Below the pieces are notes generated by a model. The model was not told the DNA's origin and searched no databases. It saw only the letters and a program-made list of their open reading frames with translations. A stretch of 64,000 nt of DNA from an uncultured Gemmatimonadales bacterium. Lineage in GTDB: Bacteria; Gemmatimonadota; Gemmatimonadetes; Longimicrobiales; Gaopeijiaceae. The translations under genes and the position numbers were made by a program. This document shows positions 9,559-21,568 of this stretch, in pieces. Numbering within the stretch: position 1 is the first letter of the stretch; each line of letters opens with the position of its first letter. Location of the stretch: assembly GCA_963823035.1 (NCBI GenBank), contig CAWGKG010000005.1, positions 64,001-128,000 of the forward strand, in the 5' to 3' direction.

Positions 9559-10605
9559 TCAGCTGTTGACGATGATCTTCTCGCGGTACTTCGCATACTG
9601 GCCGTACGTGAGGTAGCGCCGGGGCCCCTCGAGCATCCCCCACACGGTGGGCGCGAGGCCCTGCCGCTCGGGGAGGAGGTCGGTGGCGCGCAGCACGAAG
9701 GAGTCGCTGCCCGCGCCCGACCCGAACGAGGTGATGAGGATCAGGTCACCGGGGTCGGCCACGTCGAGGACCGCGGCCAGCCCGGTGGGGGAGGAGCCGG
9801 AGTAGGTGTTGCCCATGAGGGGCACGACCCATCCGACCTCCATCTGCTCCTTCGTGAAGCCGAGCTGCTTCCCGGCCGACTGCGGGAACTTCCCGTTGGG
9901 CATGTGGAAGACCGCGTAGCGGAAGTCGGACGGCTTCATCCCCGTCTTCTCGAGGATGGCCCGCGTCGACATCATGACGTGCTTGAAGTAGGCGGGCTCG
10001 CCGGTGAAGCGCCCGCTGTGGCGCGGATAGAACTCTCCCTCACGCCGCCAGAAGTCCGGAGTGTCCGTGGTGCAGCTGTACGTCTCCAGGACGTCGACGA
10101 GCGGGTCCGTCGACCCGAAGATGTAGGCGGCTCCGCCCGCCGACGCCGAGTACTCCAGGGCATCGTTGGGCGCCCCCTGCGAGGTGTCGGCACCGATGCC
10201 GAGCGCGTACTCGACCCGGCCCGACTCGACCAGACCAAGCGCGACGAACATCGCCTCGGTGCCGGCCTTGCAGGCGAACTCGAAGTCCGCCACGTGCACG
10301 TCGGAGCCGATGCCCAGCGCCTCCGCGACGATCGTACCGGTGGGCTTCACGGCGTAGGGATGGGACTCCGAGCCGACGTAGACGGCGCCGATGCGCGTCG
10401 GGTCGATCCCGGCCCGGTCGAGCGCCGCACGCCCCGCGGCGACGGAGATCGTGATCGTGTCCTCGTCGATGCCGGGGACCGACTTCTCCTTCAGCAGGAG
10501 CCCCCGGGCGATGGTGCCCGGATCCTTCCCCCACTGACGCGCGATCTCCTCGGTGGTGATGCGGTTGCGCGGTACGTACGCTCCGTAGCCTACGATGCCT
10601 GCCAT
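9559..10605 (-). CDS. Hydroxymethylglutaryl-CoA synthase, archaeal type
   Basis: [22 protein letters not shown] (catalytic Glu), [10 protein letters not shown] (catalytic Cys), [40 protein letters not shown]. Confidence 0.93.
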   Translation of the reverse strand: MAGIVGYGAYVPRNRITTEEIARQWGKDPGTIARGLLLKEKSVPGIDEDTITISVAAGRAALDRAGIDPTRIGAVYVGSESHPYAVKPTGTIVAEALGIGSDVHVADFEFACKAGTEAMFVALGLVESGRVEYALGIGADTSQGAPNDALEYSASAGGAAYIFGSTDPLVDVLETYSCTTDTPDFWRREGEFYPRHSGRFTGEPAYFKHVMMSTRAILEKTGMKPSDFRYAVFHMPNGKFPQSAGKQLGFTKEQMEVGWVVPLMGNTYSGSSPTGLAAVLDVADPGDLILITSFGSGAGSDSFVLRATDLLPERQGLAPTVWGMLEGPRRYLTYGQYAKYREKIIVNS

Positions 10606-10750
10606 AGCCGTGGTTCCTCCTCTCCGGCGACGGGCAGGCGTCCGGACGGGGTTGCTGCGGGATGGGATGATCCGTCCTCAACCTGGGCGCCGGAGCGCCA
10701 CAAGGCAGTCGGGATTGTCCAGTATGCGGGTGTGGTGAGATTCCCGGCAC

Positions 10751-10792
10751 GGGGGCGGGCGGCGCGAGCCTCGCGGCGCGCCGCCCACCCCC
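10751..10792 (-). terminator. GC-rich hairpin, likely terminator of the M14 peptidase gene
   Basis: Stem ggggcgggcggcgcg / cgcgccgcccacccc, whose one mismatch becomes G-U on the minus strand. Lies just after the stop at 10800. The U-tract is weak. Confidence 0.55.
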
Positions 10793-10799
10793 ACCGACG

Positions 10800-13590
10800 T
10801 CAGAAGGTCACGGGCTCCGCGGCGCCGTAGAGCACGCCGTTGAACAGCAGCTTGAACGTGGCGTGGGGCTGCCCGCGGAACGTCACCGCGGGCCCCAGGA
10901 GCGCAACGTGCCCGGCGCCTACGCGCGCCGACACGACGGCGGTGCCGCCGTCCAGGTGCGCCTGGCCCCACGCCCATCCGGAGCGCAACACTTCGGCCCC
11001 GGCGAACCAGGCCACCGGGGCGACGCCCTGGAGGGAGGCCGCCGGTTCGAGGTCGAACACCGGGTTGTTGTCGTAGACCACGTCCACCTCCGCCGGCAGG
11101 CCGTACGCCAGCGGGTTCGTGGGATCGGTGTGAACGCGCAGGAGGGAGCCGGGGATGTAGAACTCGTCCTCCGGCAGCGGTTCGCGCGTGCCGTCGTCCG
11201 CGATGCGCGTGAGGTGGTCACGCACGGGCACGCCCAGGACGTGGCCCATCGTGGTGGAGGTGCCCACGGCCACCACGGTGCCTCCAGCCTCGAGGAACGC
11301 CTTCACCTGGGGGATCGTCCGCTCCCGCGTGAGGTGGCCGAGCCATCCGCGGTACTCCGCCGGGATGTCCGCCGCGGCCGGCTGGTCGCCCGCGTCGTAG
11401 CGGCGTTCGACGTCCGTGAAAGCGCCGTCCGGGAAGACGAGGACGTCGAAGCGGCTCTTCAGGTCGCCTCGATCCAGATCCTGCGGGTAGACGCGCTCGT
11501 ACCCGAAGCCGTACTGCTCGAAGAGCCACCGGTCCCACCCCGTGGTCATGAGCCCGCCGTACTGGTCGTAGAGCCCGATGCGCACGGGTCGGAGCTTCCA
11601 GGCGTCGCCCTTGGGCGCCTCGCCCACCGCTTGGACGGGCACGCCGAGGTCGCGGGCGCCCTCCTCCAGGATCCGGCGCGCGTCGCCCGAGGCGGGCACC
11701 CAGATCGTCCCGGCCGCGAACGTCCGTCCGTCGACGACCCGGGCGTCCTTCAACCAGTACACGTCCGCCCCGGCCTTCAGGAGGCGGTTCGTGACCGTGA
11801 AGCGCGTCGTTGAGCGCGTGGCTCACCAGGTAGCCGGCCGGGTTGGAAGCGCCGGAGATCCTCGCGGACGGTGCGGGCTCGAGCGCGTCGAGGACGGGGA
11901 AGGGCGCGTCGAACCCCTCCTGCGCCGACGCGTAGTGGACGCCCATCTGCCAGGCCAGCGTCCACCCGGTCATGTCGTAGGGCGGGATCGGCGGGCCGCC
12001 CGGATACGCGAAGTCGTTCGGGTGGTGTTGCGGCTCGAACATGTCGAGCACGTGCGGCCCGAACGCCTGGTCCGTCTTCACGACGTACGAGCCCGCCGGA
12101 TAGCGGTCGGCGCCGATGCGCACCTCGGAGGTGGCCTTGCGCACCTCGATGCCCGTCTTGATGAGCGCGTTCACGAACTTGACCGCGGTCGGGAAGTCGG
12201 GCTGGTCGGGCGGGATGACGTAGCCGCGCGCGTCACGGTGCGCCGGATCGTGGAGCACCTTCTCGTACAGCTCGGTGGGCGCGGCGAAGCCGCTGCGCAC
12301 GCCCATCCCGTGCGGCAGGTCCGCCGCCGCCTTCTCCACCGCGGCGATCCGGTCCGGCGTGGGCGTCCAGGAGTCGCGCCGCCCCCGCTCGATCTGCCGG
12401 CTCCCCTTGCGCCACATGTCGAAGAGCAGCCGCTCGCGGTTCTTCGACGCGTAGTCGAGCACGGCGCGGTTGAGCTGCATCTCGTAGTCGATCGACTGCC
12501 GGTAGTGCCACGTCTGCGGCGGCACGGGCGCGGGCAGGTCGCTGTGCGGCAGCTGCATCGCCGTCACGAAGGGGAGCTGGACCGGCGTGGGGTTGCCGAT
12601 GATCTCGGTGAGCAGCCCGACCATGTTGTGGAAGTACACGATCGTGCGCAGCCCGCCGTTCCACCACGTGGAGTAGTTCGAGAAGCTGCGCTGGCCGGAG
12701 CCCGGCATCCCGCGCTCGACCAGACGCGCGTTCATGGCCGCGCCCACCTCCTCGATCTGGAGGGGGACGAGCGGGTCGAAGTGGTAGTTGAAGGGGTCGC
12801 GGAAGGGCGGCACGAAGACCACGCCGCCGGTCTGCCCGAAGCCCGGCTGGTGGTGGTTGTAGACGATCTGTGGAAACCACTCCCGGAACATGATCCGGTT
12901 CATGTTCGTGGTCTCCGGCATGTTCGACATGAAGAAGTCGCGGTTGTTGTCGTGACCCACGTACTCGTTGTAGACGCGGGGCAGGTCGTACAGCGAGCGC
13001 GCCTTCTCGTCCGGCTTGCGCATGTACCAGTCCGCGACGATCTCCTGGCCGTCGGGGTTGGCCTGCACGGCGAGCAGGACCACGTCGTCGAGGAAGCGCA
13101 GGGTCTCCTCGTCCGTGCCAGACACCATCTGCCACACCAGCTCCATGAGCTGCTGCGAGCCCACCGTCTCCGACGCGTGCAGGCCACCGTCGATCCAGAT
13201 GATCGCCTTGCCGTCCTTCGCGAGGGCGCGCGCCTCCTCCTCGCTCAGCCCCTCGGCGCGCGTAAGGCGGGCCGAGACCTCCCGGTAGTGGTCGAGGCGC
13301 GCCTGGTTCTCGGGCGAGGTCACGATCGCCATGTACTGGCGACGGCCCTGGGCGGTGGGCCCGATGTCCGCGAGCTGCATGCGCGGGGACTCGTCGGCCA
13401 GCTTCTTCCACCATGCCTCGAGCTGCGCGTAGGTGGCCATGTGGTAGTCGGCGCCGAGCTCGAAGCCGAGCGCCTCGCTCGGCGTGGTGAGGCGCGCCTG
13501 CTGCGCCGCGACCGGTCCACCCGCCAGGCCGATCAGGAGAAGAACGAGGGGAAGGGAACGTCGGGATCGGACGATCGGGCGAGCGCACAT
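10800..13590 (-). CDS. Exported M14 zinc carboxypeptidase with C-terminal glutamine-amidotransferase-like domain (frameshift ~11800)
   Basis: Signal peptide, DGGLHASE (HxxE), NPDG, GHDNNRD, VYNHHQ. C-terminus lies in ORF 10800..11762. Confidence 0.85.
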
Positions 13591-13727
13591 GGGAAGGGGC
13601 CTCTTCCTCTCGGGAAGCGGCGAGCCGGCGGCGGACAGTCGGACGGCCTGCCAGTTGGACACGATCCCGTCGAGATAGGGAGGGCGCCCTCCCGCCGCAA
13701 GCGAAGGCGGGCCGGCCCCGGGGCGGG

Positions 13728-14390
13728 CTACTCGGCCGAAGCCTCCGCCTTGGTGAGGCCCGGCCTCGAGGTACCACGCTGGGCCGGCGACCCCTTGTCC
13801 GCCTTGGGTGCGCGCCGCGACGCCCGGCGTACCCACCCCGGGATGCGCGCGCTCATCAGGACGACGTAGATCGCGGCCAGCAGAAGGGGAAGGCGCACGT
13901 CCGACTTCACGAGCCAGTAGTAGTGGATCACGCCGAGCACCGCGGACACGTAGACCAGCATGTGCAGGCGCGTCCAGCGCTTCCCGAGCCTGCGGATCCA
14001 CCCCTTCGTGGACGTGAGCGCGAGGGGCATCAGGAGAAGGAAGGCGGTGAAGCCCACCGTGATGTAGGGCCGCTTCTTGATGTCGTCCCACACCCAGTCG
14101 AGGCGGAATCCCAGGTCCAGCACCATCCAGATGGAGAAGTGCAGGAGGGCGTAGTAGAAGGCGAACAGCCCGAGCGGCCGCCGGAGCTGGATGATCGGGT
14201 TCCACCCGGTGAGCCGGCGCACCGGGGTCACGGCCAGCGTGGCCAGGAGGAGGATCAGCGTGGTCATCCCGGTGACGTGCGTGAGCTTCTCGATCGGGTT
14301 CACCCCCAGCCACCCCAGGAAGAAGCCCGCGATCATCCACGCGGTCGGCGCGAGCGCGCCGAGCCACAGGAGGGTCTTCAGCCCGAGCAC
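13728..14390 (-). CDS. msrQ: Methionine sulfoxide reductase heme-binding subunit MsrQ (start uncertain)
   Basis: NPIEKLTHVTG, LRRPLGLFAFYYALLH, KRPYITVG, LGKRWTRLHMLVY...HYYW. Lies downstream of msrP. Confidence 0.93.
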   Translation of the reverse strand: MLGLKTLLWLGALAPTAWMIAGFFLGWLGVNPIEKLTHVTGMTTLILLLATLAVTPVRRLTGWNPIIQLRRPLGLFAFYYALLHFSIWMVLDLGFRLDWVWDDIKKRPYITVGFTAFLLLMPLALTSTKGWIRRLGKRWTRLHMLVYVSAVLGVIHYYWLVKSDVRLPLLLAAIYVVLMSARIPGWVRRASRRAPKADKGSPAQRGTSRPGLTKAEASAE

Positions 14391-14445
14391 GGCCGGTTCG
14401 TCTTGGTCGCCATCGTCGTCGTCAGGAATGTGCCATGGAGGCGGC

Positions 14446-15406
14446 TCAGATCCACTTGGTGAGGTCCATCCCCGCGTACATCTGCTGGACCTCCTCCGCG
14501 TAGCCGTTGAACATGAGCGTCTCCCTCCGCCGGAACTCGCCGATGCGGCGCTCGCGCGCCTGGCTCCACCGGGGGTGGTCGACCTTCGGGTTCACGTTCG
14601 CGTAGAAGCCGTACTCCCGCGCGTTCGTCGCCCACCACGTGTTGCGCGGCATCTCCTCGACGAAGCGGATCTTCACGATCGACTTGATCCCCTTGAAGCC
14701 GTACTTCCAGGGCGTGATCAGGCGGAGCGGCGCGCCGTTCTGGTTGGGGAGGTCCTTGCCGTAGACGCCCGTGACCAGCAGCGCGAGGGGGTTCATGGCC
14801 TCGTCGAGCCGCAGCCCCTCGATGTAGGGCCAGCGGAGCACGCCGGTCTTCTGACCCGGCATCTCCGAGGGACGCACGATGGTCGTGAACTCCACGAACT
14901 TCGCGTTCCCGGTCGGCTCCACCCGCTTGACCAGATCGGCGAGCGGGAAGCCACGCCACGGCACCACCATCGACCACGCCTCCACGCAGCGCATACGGTA
15001 GACGCGGTCCTCCACCTTGTAGGGCGCGAGGAACTCCTCGAGCTGGTAGCTGCCCGGGTTCTTCACGTGCCCTTCGATGGCGACGGTCCACGGCCGGGGC
15101 TGGAAGCGCCCGGAGTTGTCCGACGGGTCGGACTTGCCCGTGCCGAACTCGTAGAAGTTGTTGTAGGTCGTGATCTCGTCGTAGGCGTTCACCGGCTCGC
15201 CCAGCTCGGACTTCATGTCCTCGTAGCGCACCTGCTGGCCGCAGCCTGCCCGTACGGCCCAGCGCCGCCAGCCCACCGGGAGCGAGCGCGAGGCCGGCCG
15301 CGCCGGCCGCCGCGCTCATCAGGAAGCTCCGCCGGTTCACGTAGTCGTGCTCCGGGGTGATCTCCGAGGAGGGGACGGCTGACGGCTTCTTGATCCGGAT
15401 GATCAT
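14446..15406 (-). CDS. msrP: Methionine sulfoxide reductase catalytic subunit MsrP (frameshifted near 15240-15270)
   Basis: SEITPE...RRSFL Tat signal, [46 protein letters not shown]. Confidence 0.93.
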
Positions 15407-15650
15407 GGCGGCGCTTCCAGGGAGGTGGGCGTCCGGCTACGGGTCGCCCTACGCGTCGAGTTCGCTCGGGCCCGACAATAGGGCAAGGCTCGTGCTCAAA
15501 CCCTCCCGCGGTGGAATCGGTTCCCGGAAGTGCTTGTGCGACAACGACCGGCAGCGCCCGCGCCGGGGGGCACGCGGCGCCTTGCCGCCGTTTCACGAAA
15601 CAGCGTGCGCAACGAGCGAAACGGGCGTGTGGAACGCTGCTGCCCCCCGC

Positions 15651-17475
15651 TCAGTCCATCGCGCGCGCCGGCTCCACGCCCACGGCCTCCCGTGCGGCTC
15701 GGGCCGATGCCAGCAGCGCGCTCCCCAGGAGGAGCGCCGCCACCGCCAGGTAGGCCGTCGGGCCCAGAGCGGGAACGCCGCCCACTCCCTGCCGCAGGAG
15801 CGCCACCAGGAAGGACCCGAGGAACACCGCGATCGCCGCACCCCACAGCGCGCCGCGCGCGCTCCCGCCGAGCGTGAGCGCCAGGACGCGCCGATCGGTG
15901 GCGCCGAGCGCGCGCCGTACCGCGAGCTCGCGGGCCCGCCGACGCGTCACCTGCAAGGCGGTGGCGTGCGCGCCGTGGACCGCCAGGACGAGCGTCAGCA
16001 GCCCGAGCGCGACGGCGATGCGCGCGATCCACCCCAGGGGGGCGGCCGCGGCGCGCCGCACCTGGGCGAGCGTGCGTGCATCCGCCGGACGGTAGCCGCC
16101 TGCGTCGAGGAGCGTCCGTGCCGCCTCGACCGCCTCGGGCGTGCCGCGCAGGAGGACGTCGCCGCGTCTCGGCGCCTGCTGGAGCGCCGACACGTACAGG
16201 GCCGCGTGGTCGAGGTCGTCCCGCCCGACCACCTGGAGGTCGGCGTCCTCCACCACGCCCACCACCTCGAACCAGTCGTCGAGGCCGTCGCCGACGCGCA
16301 CCAGGTGGCCCAGGGGCTGGCCGTCCTCGAAAGCCGCGTTCGCGAACGTCCGGTTCACCACCGCGACACGCTTGCGCGCCCGTCACGTCCGCCGCCGTGA
16401 TCGCGCGACCGCTGGCCACGGGGAGTCCGACCGCCGAGAAGTAGCCGGGGCCGACGGCGTGGTGGTCCACGCGCGCCCCCACGAACGGCATGGGGATCAA
16501 CCCGCGCACGCAAGCGCCGCACTGGGCCGTCGCGTAGTCGCGCACTCCGAGTCCGAGCACGGCGCCCGGCGTGGCCAGGCTCTCGGCCTCGATCCCCGGG
16601 ACCTTGCGGATACGGGCGAGCATCGCGGCCCACGCGGCTCCGTCGGCTCCCTTCGGAGCCTCCACCGGCACCGCCACGGTGTCACCGTCCGCCCCGGACG
16701 ACGCACCCGGTCCGCCCAGCGAGATCGCGAGCGCCAGCGCCCCGAGCGCCACCGCCCCGGCGGCCCCCATCTGAACGGAGGAGAGCGCCCGGCGCCGGAA
16801 TGCCTCCCCACGATCGTCCGTCGCCCGTCCGCCCACGGCGAGGTCGCGCGCGAGCGGGAGGGACCGTCCGACCGTGAAGCCGATGCGCACGTAGACGCCG
16901 GTCGCCAGGGCCAGCACGGCGAAGAGGGCGGGGAGGAGCGTGGCCGCGGCGGACAACCCCTCCACGTCGGCCGCCATGCCCGGCCAGGTCGCGCGCAGGA
17001 CGCCCGCGAAGGCCATCCCCAGGAGGAGGCCCAGCGCGAGCGCGGAGGCCACCAGCCTGCGCACGTCCGCGAAGAGGAGGCCCAGGAGGACGCGGGGACC
17101 GGCGCCCAGCGCGGCGCGCACGGCCACCTCACGGCGCCGGGACGCGCCCGCTTCCACCAGGAGCACGAGCGCGTTCAGGAGCGCCACGGCTGCGGCGGCG
17201 AGGACGAGGCCCACGACCATCGCGGCCATGCGGTCGAGCGCTCCGCTCTGGAGCTGGTCGGGCCAGACCACGCGCGAGGTCCACGGCAGCCCCATCGCCT
17301 CGCGAGGCAAGGCCTCGAGGCGGAGAAGCGAGCGGAGTCCCGGGAGCTCCAGCGCGGCGATCGAGCGCGCGCCCACCACCAGGCCCGCGGCCGCGGCGAG
17401 GGAGACCATCGTAACGCCCGAGGCCGCCAGCCCCCGCGTCCTCGTCCCCGACCTTGCGTCGTGCCCTTCGCTCAT
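15651..17475 (-). CDS. MacB/FtsX-family ABC transporter permease (frameshift ~16370)
   Basis: Two FtsX-like motifs (RRREVAVRAALGA; RARELAVRRALGA) and a periplasmic segment VGPGYFSAVGLPVASGR...VVNRTFA...EVVGVVED. Confidence 0.8.
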
Positions 17476-17513
17476 CCTCGCCTCCCTCCTCGCTCGTCGA
17501 ACGGTACGTCGGC

Positions 17514-18152
17514 TCAGCCCCGCTTCCAGGCCGGGAAGATGTCCCCCAGCCCGGACGTGATGAACTCCACCGCGATCGCCGCGAGGATGAGCCCCATGAA
17601 GCGGGTCGCCACGTTCATCCCCGTGCGTCCGAGGGCCTTCGCGATCGGCGCGGCCGCCAGCAGGATCACCCACGAGAGCACGGCCACGACGGCCGCCGCG
17701 CCCACCACCGCCAGGTGCCCGGACACCCCCTCGCTCCGTCCGGCCGCGATGATCATGAGCGAGATCGAGCCCGGCCCGGCCAGGAGCGGCATCCCGAGCG
17801 GAACCACGCCGAGGTTGGGACGCTCCTGCGCCTCCTGGGCCTCGAGCGCCTCCTCGGGCGTCTGCTTCGCCGCGTGGAGCTTCGCCTGGAGCATGCTCCA
17901 GGCCATCCCCAGGATCAGCAGCCCGCCGGCGACGCGCAACGACGCCACGCTGATGCCGAAGAAGCGCAGGAGGCTCTCGCCCGCCACGTACGAGACGGTC
18001 AGGATCACGAAGACGGCGACCGCGGCCTGGCGGGTGACGCGCTTCCGGTCGGCCGGCGCGATGTCCGCGGTGAGGCTCACGTACGCGGGGATCGCCGAGA
18101 ACGGGTTGACGATCGAGAAGAGCGAGATGAAGAACAGGAGGAAATCGCGCAC
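17514..18152 (-). CDS. MarC family membrane protein
   Basis: LFSIVNPF, FFGISVASLRVAGGLL, VVPLGMPLLAGPGSI, RFMGLILAAIAVEFI. Confidence 0.93.
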   Translation of the reverse strand: MRDFLLFFISLFSIVNPFSAIPAYVSLTADIAPADRKRVTRQAAVAVFVILTVSYVAGESLLRFFGISVASLRVAGGLLILGMAWSMLQAKLHAAKQTPEEALEAQEAQERPNLGVVPLGMPLLAGPGSISLMIIAAGRSEGVSGHLAVVGAAAVVAVLSWVILLAAAPIAKALGRTGMNVATRFMGLILAAIAVEFITSGLGDIFPAWKRG

Positions 18153-18249
18153 GCGCGGCTGGGCCCGTGTCGAGGTGTCGGCGGAAGGTCGAGGGTGGAA
18201 GCCTAGCGAGCACGGGCCTGTGCATCAATCACGGCGCCCTGGCGTGTCT

Positions 18250-18277
18250 TTCACGGCCCGGGCGCCCTTTCTACCTT
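18250..18277 (+). promoter_or_regulatory. Candidate sigma70 promoter for the VPS10 gene
   Basis: TTCACG-N16-TACCTT, about 40 nt upstream of the ATG at 18317. The same -10 hexamer occurs at rnz and rpsA. Confidence 0.4.
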
Positions 18278-18316
18278 CCGTGCTCCGCTCCGTGCTGCGC
18301 CCTCCAGGAGTCCCCG

Positions 18317-21300
18317 ATGCGCGCCCGCTCCGCCTGCCGCTCCCTCCTCCTCGCGCTCGTCGCCGTCCCGACGGCCGGCCTCCTCGCACCGCCCCTCGCG
18401 GCCCAGACGCTGGCCACGCTTCCGGACGGCTTCTTCTCGGGCGCGGACTACCGCCACATCGGCCCGGTCGGCAACCGCGTGAGCGCGGTGATCGGCGAGC
18501 CGGGGAACGCCAACGTCTACTACATCGGCGGCGCCTCGGGCGGGGTGTTCAAGAGCGAGGACGGCGGCGTGTCCTGGCGCCCGATCTTCGACGACCAGGA
18601 TGCCATGTCGATCGGCGCGCTCGCGCTCGCGCCCTCCGACCCCAACGTCCTCTGGGCCGGAACCGGGGAGCCGTTCATCCGCTCGAACGTCTCGATCGGC
18701 GACGGGGTCTACCGCTCGACGGACGGCGGCGAGACGTGGCGACACATGGGGCTCGAGAAGATCGGGAGGGTCGGGCGCATCGTCATCGACCCGCGTGACC
18801 CGGACGTGGTGTTCGTGGCGGCGCTCGGCCACCTGTACGGACCCCAGCAGGAGCGCGGCGTCTACCGGACGAGGGACGGCGGGGAGACGTGGGAGCGCGT
18901 CCTCTTCGTCGACGAGAACACCGGCGCCGTCGACCTCGCCATGAACGCCGCCAATCCGCGCATCCTCTTCGCGGCCACGTGGCAGATGCGCATCTGGACG
19001 TGGGGGCGCGAGAGCGGTGGCCCGGGCAGCGGCCTCTGGAAGTCCACGGACGGCGGCGACACCTGGGTGCGCCTGGAGGGGCACGGCCTCCCGCGCGGCA
19101 CGATGGGGAAGATCGGCCTGGCCGTGAGCCCCGCCGACCCGGACCGCGTGTACGCGCTCATCGAGACCAACTCGAACCGCGAGTACGAGCCGCTCGAGGA
19201 CCACGAGGGGGTGCTCTGGCGCTCGGACGACGGCGGCGCGACGTGGGACATGATCAACGCCGACCACACGCTCGCGCAGCGTCCGCTCTACTACTCGCGC
19301 ATGGCCGTGGAGCCGGACGACGCGGACGAGGTGCACTTCATGTCGACGCGTCACTCGAAGAGCCTGGACGGCGGCGTGACGATCGAGGGGGGCGGGGCGG
19401 GGGGCGACAACCACGACATGTGGATCGACCCGAAGCTCCCCGACCGGATGATCGTCGGCCACGACGGCGGCATCAGCATCTCGACGACGCGCGGGACGGT
19501 CCTGGTTCCGGCCCCAGCTCCCCGTCGCCCAGATGTACCACGCGTTCACGGACAACGCGGTGCCGTACAACGTGTACGGCAACCGGCAGGACGGCTCCTC
19601 CTTCGGCGGCCCGTCCAACACGCTGTCCTACGGGGAGATCCCGATCGGGGCCTGGAAGACCGTGGGCGGGTGCGAGTCCGGCTTCGCCGTGCCCGACACC
19701 GTGTCCAACGACGTGGTCTGGTCGGGGTGCTACGAGGGCATCCTCGACCGGAGCGAGCTGTCCACGGGCATCACGCGCACCGTGAGCGTCTGGCCGGACA
19801 ACCCCGAAGGGTGGCCCGCGGCGGACCTGCGCTACCGGTTCCAGTGGACGTTCCCGATCGCGATCTCGCCGCACGACGCCAACACCGTCTACGTGGGCAG
19901 CCAGCACGTGCACCGCACGAGGAACGGCGGCCAGAGCTGGGAGGTCATCAGCCCGGACCTCACCACCAACGACAAGTCCCGCCAGCAGGCGAGCGGCGGC
20001 CTCACCACGGACGACGTGAGCCCCACCTACTACGCCGTGCTCTTCGCGATCGCGGAGTCGCCCGTCCAGGCGGGCGTCATCTGGGCGGGCTCGAACGACG
20101 GCCGCGTGCACGTGACCCGCGACGACGGGGCCGACTGGACGGACGTCACGGGCAACATCCCCGACCTCCCGGCCTTCGGCACCGTGAGCAACATCGAGCC
20201 GTCACGCTTCCGGGCCGGCGCCGCCTACCTGACCGTCGACTTCCACCAGCTCGGGAACACCGATCCGTACGTCTACAAGACCGAGGACTACGGGAAGTCG
20301 TGGCGCTCCCTCGCGGCCGGCATCCCGAAGAGCGTGTTCAGCTACGCGCACGTCGTGCGCGAGGACCCGGTACGCCCGGGGCTGCTCTACCTGGGCACGG
20401 AGAACGCCGTCTACGCGTCGTGGGACGACGGCCGGACGTGGCATTCCCTCCAGGGCGACCTCCCCCACGCGCCGGCGTACTGGCTCACCGTCCAGCCGCA
20501 CTTCCACGACCTGGTCGTGAGCACCTACGGGCGAGGGTTCTGGATCCTCGACGACGTCACGCCGCTCGAGCAGCTCACGGATTCGGTGCTGGCCGCGCCC
20601 GCTCCACCTCTTCCAGCCGCGCGACGCCTACCGCTTCGTGATGCGCGAGGGTCGGGCCAGCCAGCCGGGCGACCCGGCCGCGGGGGAGAACCCGGACTAC
20701 GGCGCGACGCTGAACTTCCACCTGAAGGACGCGCCCGCCGGATCGGTGAGCGTCGTCATCGAGGACGAGGGCGGCACGGCCGTGCGCACGCTCCCCGTGC
20801 GGAACGCGCACGCCGGGCTGAACCGGGTGGTCTGGGACCTGACGTACACGGCCTCCGCCCGCCCGCGGCTGCGGACGGCCGCCCTGGAGCACAGCCACGT
20901 CACGGTCGGTGACGACGGCGTGGCGGCCCCAGGTGGACGGCGGGTCCGTGCGCCCACTCGCCGTGCCGGGGCGCTACCGCGTCCGCCTGAGGGCGGGCAC
21001 GGAGGAGCGGACCACCTGGCTGACCGTGCTGCAGGATCCCGCGTCGAAGGCCACGGCGGCCGACATGCGGGCGAAGCTCGACATGCAGCTCGAGCTGCGC
21101 GAGATGACGGACTCGACGGCGGCGCTCGTCGACCGCATCGAGTGGACGCGCAAGGGACTCGACGGCGTCTCCGCACGCCTCGCCGGGGAGGCGGGATGGT
21201 CCGACGTCGTGCAGGCCGGCGAGGCGCTCCAGCAGGCGCTGGTCGACCTGGAGATGCACCTCTACGACCTGCGCCTCTCGGGCGGCACGGCCGGGCAGGA

Positions 21301-21529
21301 CACGGTGCGCTGGCCGCGTGAGCTCTTCGCGAAGCTCACCAGCCTCGCCGGCTACATCTCGGGCTCCGACGACCGACCCACCGACCAGGCCGCAGAGGTC
21401 TTCGAGCTCTACCGGACGCAGCTCGCCGAGCGGCTGGCCCGCTGGCGTGAGATCGCGGCGGGCGACCTGGCGCGCTTCAACCGGACGCTCGCGGAGCGCG
21501 GACTCCCGCCCGTCATCTCCCAGCCCTGA
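18317..21529 (+). CDS. Exported VPS10/BNR-repeat (sialidase-like) glycosyl hydrolase (frameshifts ~19500, ~20600, ~20915)
   Basis: AGGAG RBS, signal peptide, and many Asp-box repeats (KSEDGGVSW, RSTDGGETW, RTRDGGETW, KSTDGGDTW, TRDDGADW, SWDDGRTW). Confidence 0.85.
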
Positions 21530-21568
21530 GGGCGGGTCCTCGAACGTCGTGGTAGACGTGCCCGCGAC

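Noticed and set aside
7982..10605. phlACB (2,4-diacetylphloroglucinol) cluster
   Set aside because: No phlD type III PKS is nearby, and the synthase retains HMGS catalytic Glu and Cys. The archaeal HMGS complex fits better.
8419..10830. Long antisense or alternative-frame ORFs (also 1923..4448, 38044..41073, 42436..46398 and others)
   Set aside because: These Arg/Gly/Pro-rich shadow ORFs are expected at this GC content opposite or overlapping well-supported genes, and they carry no motifs.
15549..15625. Hairpins and the GTTTC-ac-GAAAC dyad between the permease and msrP
   Set aside because: Short or imperfect GC-rich stems without a U-tract. They cannot be distinguished from chance.
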